A model generated the notes under the pieces. The model saw nothing but the letters and a program-made list of their open reading frames with translations. It searched no databases and was not told where the DNA came from. A program made the translations under genes and the position numbers. From the IMG/VR virus record IMGVR_UViG_3300000478_000004: a stretch of 20,000 nucleotides of DNA; one strand, written 5' to 3'. Origin of the DNA: an uncultured virus (IMG/VR IMGVR_UViG_3300000478_000004) (lineage: Duplodnaviria > Heunggongvirae > Uroviricota > Caudoviricetes). This document shows, piece after piece, positions 16,362 through 20,000 of this stretch. Every line of letters starts with the position of its first letter. The first letter of the stretch is position 1.

Positions 16362-17204
16362 ATGTCACATAAGAGCATCATTGTTGTTTTCCACGGCGAA
16401 TGTACAGACGGCTGGACAGCTGCATGGAGTGCCTGGAAGAAATTTGGCGATAATGCGGAGTACTTTCCTGCCATTCATGGGAAGACGAAAGACTACCCTG
16501 TTGATGGTAAGGACGCCTACTTCTTAGACTTCTGTCCTCCTGCGGACAAGATTCCTTCGCTGGCTGCACGCGCCCACAATCTTCTGATTCTGGATCATCA
16601 TCAGTCTGCTATGGATGCGTGCAAGAACAACAAGTTCTGCGTTTTTGATATGGACCGCTCCGGAGCAGGAATGTCGTGGGACTATTTTCACCCGGACACC
16701 CCTCGCCCTCTCCTTGTTTCCTATGTGGAGGACAGAGACATTTGGGCGTGGAAGCTTCCGCACTCCAAGACCGTATCCTCTGCTATTGGTAGCTACGACC
16801 TTTACGATTTCGATCTTTGGTCGTCCCTTGCAGAACGAATCGAAAACAACCTTGAGTCTGTTCTAGAAGAAGGCCGCGCTATCGAGAGGGCCAACCAGAT
16901 CCAGATCAATGGTTGCATGGGAAATGCCATGACCACCATGTTCTTTGGCTACGACAACGTACCTGTTGTAAACGCTTCGGGCATAAACCTCAGTGACTTG
17001 CTGAACCAACTTGCTGCACCCGGCTATTTCTCTGTGGCCTGGTACCAACGTCCTGACGGGAAGTTCAAGTATTCTCTTCGCTCCATTGGAGACTTTGACG
17101 TAGCCAAACTGGCTGAGAAGCTTGGTGGGGGCGGTCACAAGAATGCCTCTGCGTTCGTTAGTACTAGTCCCCCATGGGACCTAACAGAAGAACCCGCCTC
17201 TTGA
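16362..17204 (+). CDS. DHH/DHHA1 family phosphoesterase
   Basis: FHGECTDG, FLDF, LDHH, EDRD, YSLRS and GGGGHKNAS motifs. AGGAG SD. Confidence 0.92.
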   Translation: MSHKSIIVVFHGECTDGWTAAWSAWKKFGDNAEYFPAIHGKTKDYPVDGKDAYFLDFCPPADKIPSLAARAHNLLILDHHQSAMDACKNNKFCVFDMDRSGAGMSWDYFHPDTPRPLLVSYVEDRDIWAWKLPHSKTVSSAIGSYDLYDFDLWSSLAERIENNLESVLEEGRAIERANQIQINGCMGNAMTTMFFGYDNVPVVNASGINLSDLLNQLAAPGYFSVAWYQRPDGKFKYSLRSIGDFDVAKLAEKLGGGGHKNASAFVSTSPPWDLTEEPAS

Positions 17205-17226
17205 GTACTTTTCTTGAAATTTTTCC

Positions 17227-17254
17227 TTGACCCATCCTCCACACCTGCTACAAC
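17227..17254 (+). promoter_or_regulatory. Possible sigma70 promoter for the ncRNA/tRNA cluster
   Basis: TTGACC, 16-nt spacer ending TGc, then TACAAC. Confidence 0.5.
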
Positions 17255-17258
17255 GTCA

Positions 17259-17365
17259 GGGTGAGTTACCTGCTAGCACATCTAGACGCCAATATTAGAG
17301 GAGGGGACTATTTTAGTTCCCTCCTAAAGTGGCACTGCGACAGCAGCAGGTAACCTGATTCCCCT
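17259..17365 (+). ncRNA. Candidate rod-like structured RNA with a central bubble
   Basis: GTTACCTGCT (17265-74) pairs with AGCAGGTAAC (17345-54), GCCA with TGGC, plus a 12-bp apical stem (17299-17325). No ORF. Confidence 0.5.
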
Positions 17366-17430
17366 TGTCAGTTGTTACCCGAAACAAAAAGGGATTGACA
17401 ACTGAATAAGATGGTGAGATAAAGTATATA

Positions 17431-17533
17431 GCGACGAATGCTGAAGGGTATACATTGCTCCTTTCGTGCAAACGCTGGTTCGATTCCAGCGAAAAACGGG
17501 ATGGTTCCCTACTCTTCGTTTCCTGTCGTCGCA
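17431..17533 (+). ncRNA. Y-RNA-like scaffold RNA 1 with tRNA-like arms
   Basis: GCGACGA/TCGTCGC stem, ATGC internal loop, TGAAGGGTA/TACTCTTCG stem, TACAT, T arm CGCTGG-TTCGATT-CCAGCG, GGGA-TGGT-TCCC hairpin. Confidence 0.65.
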
Positions 17534-17536
17534 TTT

Positions 17537-17608
17537 TCCGGGGTGGCACAGCGGTAGCGCGGTCGGCTGTTAACCGATTGGTCGTAGGTTCGAATCCTAC
17601 CCCCGGAG
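17537..17608 (+). tRNA. tRNA-Asn(GTT), CCA not encoded
   Basis: TCCGGGG/CCCCGGA acceptor, GTCGG-CT GTT AA-CCGAT, GTAGG-TTCGAAT-CCTAC. Confidence 0.95.
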
Positions 17609-17617
17609 CTGATTTTT

Positions 17618-17775
17618 TAGGTGAATGCAGAGAGATCTACACTATAAATGTCCTAAGGTAGCGATGTCCCTCTCCTTGAGAGGGCTAGTGAGGGTAATCC
17701 GAGGCAACAAGGTACCCGTCTCCACTGCTCTGAATGGAGTAAGGAGGATAAGATTTCTCTAACCACTGTCACCTA
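17618..17775 (+). ncRNA. Y-RNA-like scaffold RNA 2 carrying rRNA-like segments
   Basis: TAGGTGA/TCACCTA stem, ATGC, AGAGAGATCT/AGATTTCTCT stem, TACAC. The interior contains ACTATAAatGTCCTAAGGTAGCGA and GcAACAAGGTAcCCGT. Confidence 0.65.
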
Positions 17776-17778
17776 TTT

Positions 17779-17853
17779 GGGGATACGGTCCAGCCTGGAG
17801 TGGACGCTGCTCTGTCACAGCAGAGACCGTGGGTTCAAATCCCACTATTCCCG
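17779..17853 (+). tRNA. tRNA-Asp(GTC), CCA not encoded; C at position 8
   Basis: GGGGATA/TATTCCC acceptor, CTGCT-CT GTC AC-AGCAG, GTGGG-TTCAAAT-CCCAC. Confidence 0.92.
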
Positions 17854-17855
17854 CC

Positions 17856-18011
17856 GCAGAAGAGCAGGCGCATGTCAGTGCGCTACACTAGAATGAGGGC
17901 ACGCGGCTGACACCGCAAATGCACGCCTGAACTGATCCTTCAGGAAGTTGGGACGCCCTGTCCCAGTCACTGCCCGTGACTTGAGTGTTTCTAGTTGTTC
18001 TTCTGCTTTTT
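17856..18011 (+). ncRNA. Candidate multi-hairpin RNA with kissing loops
   Basis: 11-bp closing stem GCAGAAGAGCA/TGTTCTTCTGC followed by T5. Five internal hairpins. Loops TGTCAG and CTGACA are complementary. Confidence 0.65.
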
Positions 18012-18777
18012 AGGGGAGTGAGCAGGTCGCTGGGACGACCCCTTGGCTGTAAACCAAGTGCCATTGTGCTATGTGGTTCGATTCCATCATTCCCCACCGA
18101 ATTCCCTCAAGTGTAGACATATCCTCACATACTAGGGTTTCTTCTACCATAAGGGGAAGGTCTTCGGGTAGTTGTGCACTGACTGCCCTAATGTCTGACT
18201 CAAATATTCTTTGAAGTCTGTGGTCCCACATAGAGGGGTACATTATACTTCGGGGTGAATTGTCGTCATGTCCAAGTCCCAAAGCATGACCTATTTCATG
18301 AGTTATAGCTGGCACTAGGTATCTATCTGTGATGTCTTCATCCAGTCGTATGCGTACCGACCGTACGGTTCCGTTCTCCCTAGACACAGTTTTTCTGGCA
18401 TCTCCCAGCTTGTGGTATCCAGGAGAGGTATCTTCCAGATCAACCACACTAATGTGAATGGTGCCCTGTCTTACGTTTCTCTGTTCTACATACGTAGACC
18501 TGTTCACCTGTAGAAATTCTCTTTCTACTGCTCTATTCCAGTTTAGTACAGCCTTCTCTATGGCAACTAAATAATGGTCTGGAACATTTGCACCCGTGTG
18601 TATTTGTAATGGGAAACTTTCTCTACTCCACCAGTTTGGTACTTGGCATACACCTACCGCAAGTTCTCTTTCGTGGTCTCTTAGGTAGGTTGGTAGTGTG
18701 TAGGTTCCCGTACATCTTGGGGCGCACCCAAGATTGACGAAGAAAATCAAAAGAAGTAGTGCCACGAACCACTTCAT
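18010..18777 (-). CDS. Matrixin (M10)-like zinc metalloprotease, predicted lipoprotein
   Basis: Signal peptide MKWFVALLLLIFFVNLG-C, HEIGHALGLGH zinc motif, SIMYP Met-turn. Confidence 0.9.
   Translation of the reverse strand: MKWFVALLLLIFFVNLGCAPRCTGTYTLPTYLRDHERELAVGVCQVPNWWSRESFPLQIHTGANVPDHYLVAIEKAVLNWNRAVEREFLQVNRSTYVEQRNVRQGTIHISVVDLEDTSPGYHKLGDARKTVSRENGTVRSVRIRLDEDITDRYLVPAITHEIGHALGLGHDDNSPRSIMYPSMWDHRLQRIFESDIRAVSAQLPEDLPLMVEETLVCEDMSTLEGIRWGMMESNHIAQWHLVYSQGVVPATCSLP
18013..18096 (+). tRNA. tRNA-Tyr(GTA) with an atypical (8/4 or 9/3) fold
   Basis: CTTGG-CT GTA AA-CCAAG, long variable region, TTCGATT T loop, GGGGAGTG/CATTCCCC acceptor, discriminator A. Confidence 0.8.
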
Positions 18778-18783
18778 TTTGTA

Positions 18784-18813
18784 ATTGTACCACTATCGTA
18801 CACCTTGTGTCAA
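18784..18813 (-). promoter_or_regulatory. sigma70 promoter for the metalloprotease, probably giving a leaderless mRNA
   Basis: Minus strand TTGACA (18813-18808), 18-nt spacer ending TGg, TACAAT (18789-18784), 6 nt, then ATG 18777. Confidence 0.75.
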
Positions 18814-18822
18814 ACCGAAAAT

Positions 18823-18900
18823 GTGGCCGTAGCTCAGTTGGTTAGAGCGTCGGGTTGTGGCCCCGAAGGTCGGCGGGTTCGAATCTCCCCGGTCACCCCA
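18823..18900 (+). tRNA. tRNA-His(GTG), CCA encoded, G-1 not encoded
   Basis: GTGGCCG/CGGTCAC acceptor, C73, TCGGG-TT GTG GC-CCCGA. Confidence 0.93.
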
Positions 18901-18913
18901 AGAAAGCCGTAAC

Positions 18914-19264
18914 ATGAAGCCCCAGGACTCAAATCACCCTTTTCGTAGGCGCATGGCTGCCTCTATCAGCAGACATGAAGCTAAAAAGAAGCCACTGCTA
19001 GGTACACAGCAACGAAGTGTTATCATTTCTTGCTCTTCCTTACTTCTTGAAGGAAAAGAGTCTGGATGGAACATCTTGTCCACTGCGCAGAGCATAGACC
19101 AAGAATTCGTTTCTTCCGTCAAGACAGAGTTCTACAAACTGTACGAAGCCACACAAGACATAGACTACACGTTGCGTTGTCTCCTACAACACGACGATCC
19201 GCGCATCAAAGAGTTCGCTGGTGTTCTTCTATGGGCTGATTCTGTGAGGAGACAACGGAGATGA
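18914..19264 (+). CDS. Hypothetical protein (probable start ATG 18914)
   Basis: The ORF-track start 18857 lies inside tRNA-His, so the first ATG after the tRNA is used. Confidence 0.65.
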   Translation: MKPQDSNHPFRRRMAASISRHEAKKKPLLGTQQRSVIISCSSLLLEGKESGWNILSTAQSIDQEFVSSVKTEFYKLYEATQDIDYTLRCLLQHDDPRIKEFAGVLLWADSVRRQRR

Positions 19265-19725
19265 CCACCTATCATCGTCAGCACATGAAAGACATTGAGC
19301 TTGCTCGCAGAATTGAGCGAGAAAAAGGGGAGAGGAACAAGCAAGGGGAGGAAGAAGCTCGTCGCCAGAGAGATGCGGAAAGGCGTCCCCTGGAACAGAG
19401 GGTCGCTTTCTTGGAAGATAAGCTCTATAAGCTGGAGTCCTACGTACGAAGCCTCAACGTCAAAACCAAAGAAGAGGTGGAGGCGGAAGAGCTAAAAGAA
19501 GCCTGTCTTAGAGTCAGAAAGTCCCTACTGACGGACAGGGATGCCCTCTTTGTGAGAGGGCCATGGGACCCTCCGGAAGTATGGGTAGTTCCTGTCCCCG
19601 AGACTTTCTATCTTCCTGACGCTTCTACTACCTACCTGTGCCAAGAAAAGGGGACCTACAATCTTCATCTTTGTGTGGGAAAGAACGCTGATCGAGGATA
19701 CGTAGTACTTGGTGTGGTTACGTGA
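19261..19725 (+). CDS. Hypothetical protein with an N-terminal coiled coil
   Basis: 154-aa ORF with ATGA coupling. Confidence 0.75.
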   Translation: MTTYHRQHMKDIELARRIEREKGERNKQGEEEARRQRDAERRPLEQRVAFLEDKLYKLESYVRSLNVKTKEEVEAEELKEACLRVRKSLLTDRDALFVRGPWDPPEVWVVPVPETFYLPDASTTYLCQEKGTYNLHLCVGKNADRGYVVLGVVT

Positions 19726-19728
19726 AAT

Positions 19729-19814
19729 AGGGGTGTGGCGGAATGGAAGACGCGCTGGACTAAGGATCCAGTGGCCGCAAGGCCGTGAGGGTTCGACTCC
19801 CTCTACTCCTACCA
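19729..19814 (+). tRNA. tRNA-Leu(AAG), CCA encoded
   Basis: AGGGGTG/TACTCCT acceptor, CTGGA-CT AAG GA-TCCAG, variable arm GGCC-GCAA-GGCC, GAGGG-TTCGACT-CCCTC, ACCA. Confidence 0.93.
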
Positions 19815-20000
19815 AGCCCATGAAGTTCAAATGGAAGAACACCGGAAAAACGGAGCCGGGCCGTAAATGGCACTTGAACACCTGTTGTTAGACAGGGAAA
19901 CCTTAAGGTTGCGGATGCACCAAATGGCACTGAGGACCAGGGTCGCTAGGGAAGCGCGTTTCCTAATTCTAGGTTTTGGTTTGAGTGGTGGAAGTTCGAG

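Noticed and set aside
17336..17354. Resemblance of TGCGACAGCAGCAGGTAA to the 16S 530-loop sequence
   Set aside because: The match needs gaps, and the segment is explained by pairing with 17265-74. Likely chance.
17641..17745. Annotation as an rRNA gene
   Set aside because: Only short discontinuous matches inside a 158-nt element, so it is reported as a mimic candidate instead.
17313..18097. ORFs 17313..17549, 17455..17661 and 17888..18097
   Set aside because: They overlap tRNAs and structured RNAs, with no SD or protein motifs.
19525..19891. ORFs 19525..19881 (-) and 19709..19891 (+)
   Set aside because: Both span tRNA-Leu and are probably spurious.
1..20000. CRISPR array, integrase/transposase, or stop-codon reassignment
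   Set aside because: No repeat-spacer array or recombinase motifs were seen. Genes are intact in the standard code, all three stops are used, and no suppressor tRNA was found.

Overview
This 20-kb window looks like part of a large (jumbo-type) bacteriophage genome, an inference from densely packed, mostly + strand genes, sigma70-type promoters, dispersed tRNAs and many ORFans. Recognisable proteins are an SbcC/Rad50-like ATPase (5'-truncated by the window), a YfdR/YfbR-like HD hydrolase, an HNH-RNA ligase fusion, a vWA protein with a frame-broken N-terminus, a zinc-finger/TM/Cys-rich protein, a ParB-like protein, two more HNH proteins, an HExxH metallopeptidase, a DHH/DHHA1 phosphoesterase and a matrixin-like lipoprotein. 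There are 9 tRNAs: Glu, Pro, Lys, Arg, Asn, Asp, Tyr, His and Leu(AAG). The most notable content is non-coding. (i) A ~450-nt RNA (15895-16343), flanked by a candidate promoter and a terminator, contains two circularly permuted, anticodon-less tRNA-like domains and sits just behind a 244-aa gene of unknown function. (ii) A tRNA cluster (17260-18096) is interleaved with four structured ncRNA candidates. Two of them share a Y-RNA-like scaffold: one carries tRNA-like arms and the other carries segments matching conserved 23S rRNA (H69-H71) and 16S rRNA (h44/h45) sequence. A third has a predicted kissing-loop fold. (iii) A promoter-like motif, CGAACCCTG-NN-CATA(C/G)TA, occurs three times. All structures were paired by eye and no database searches were run.
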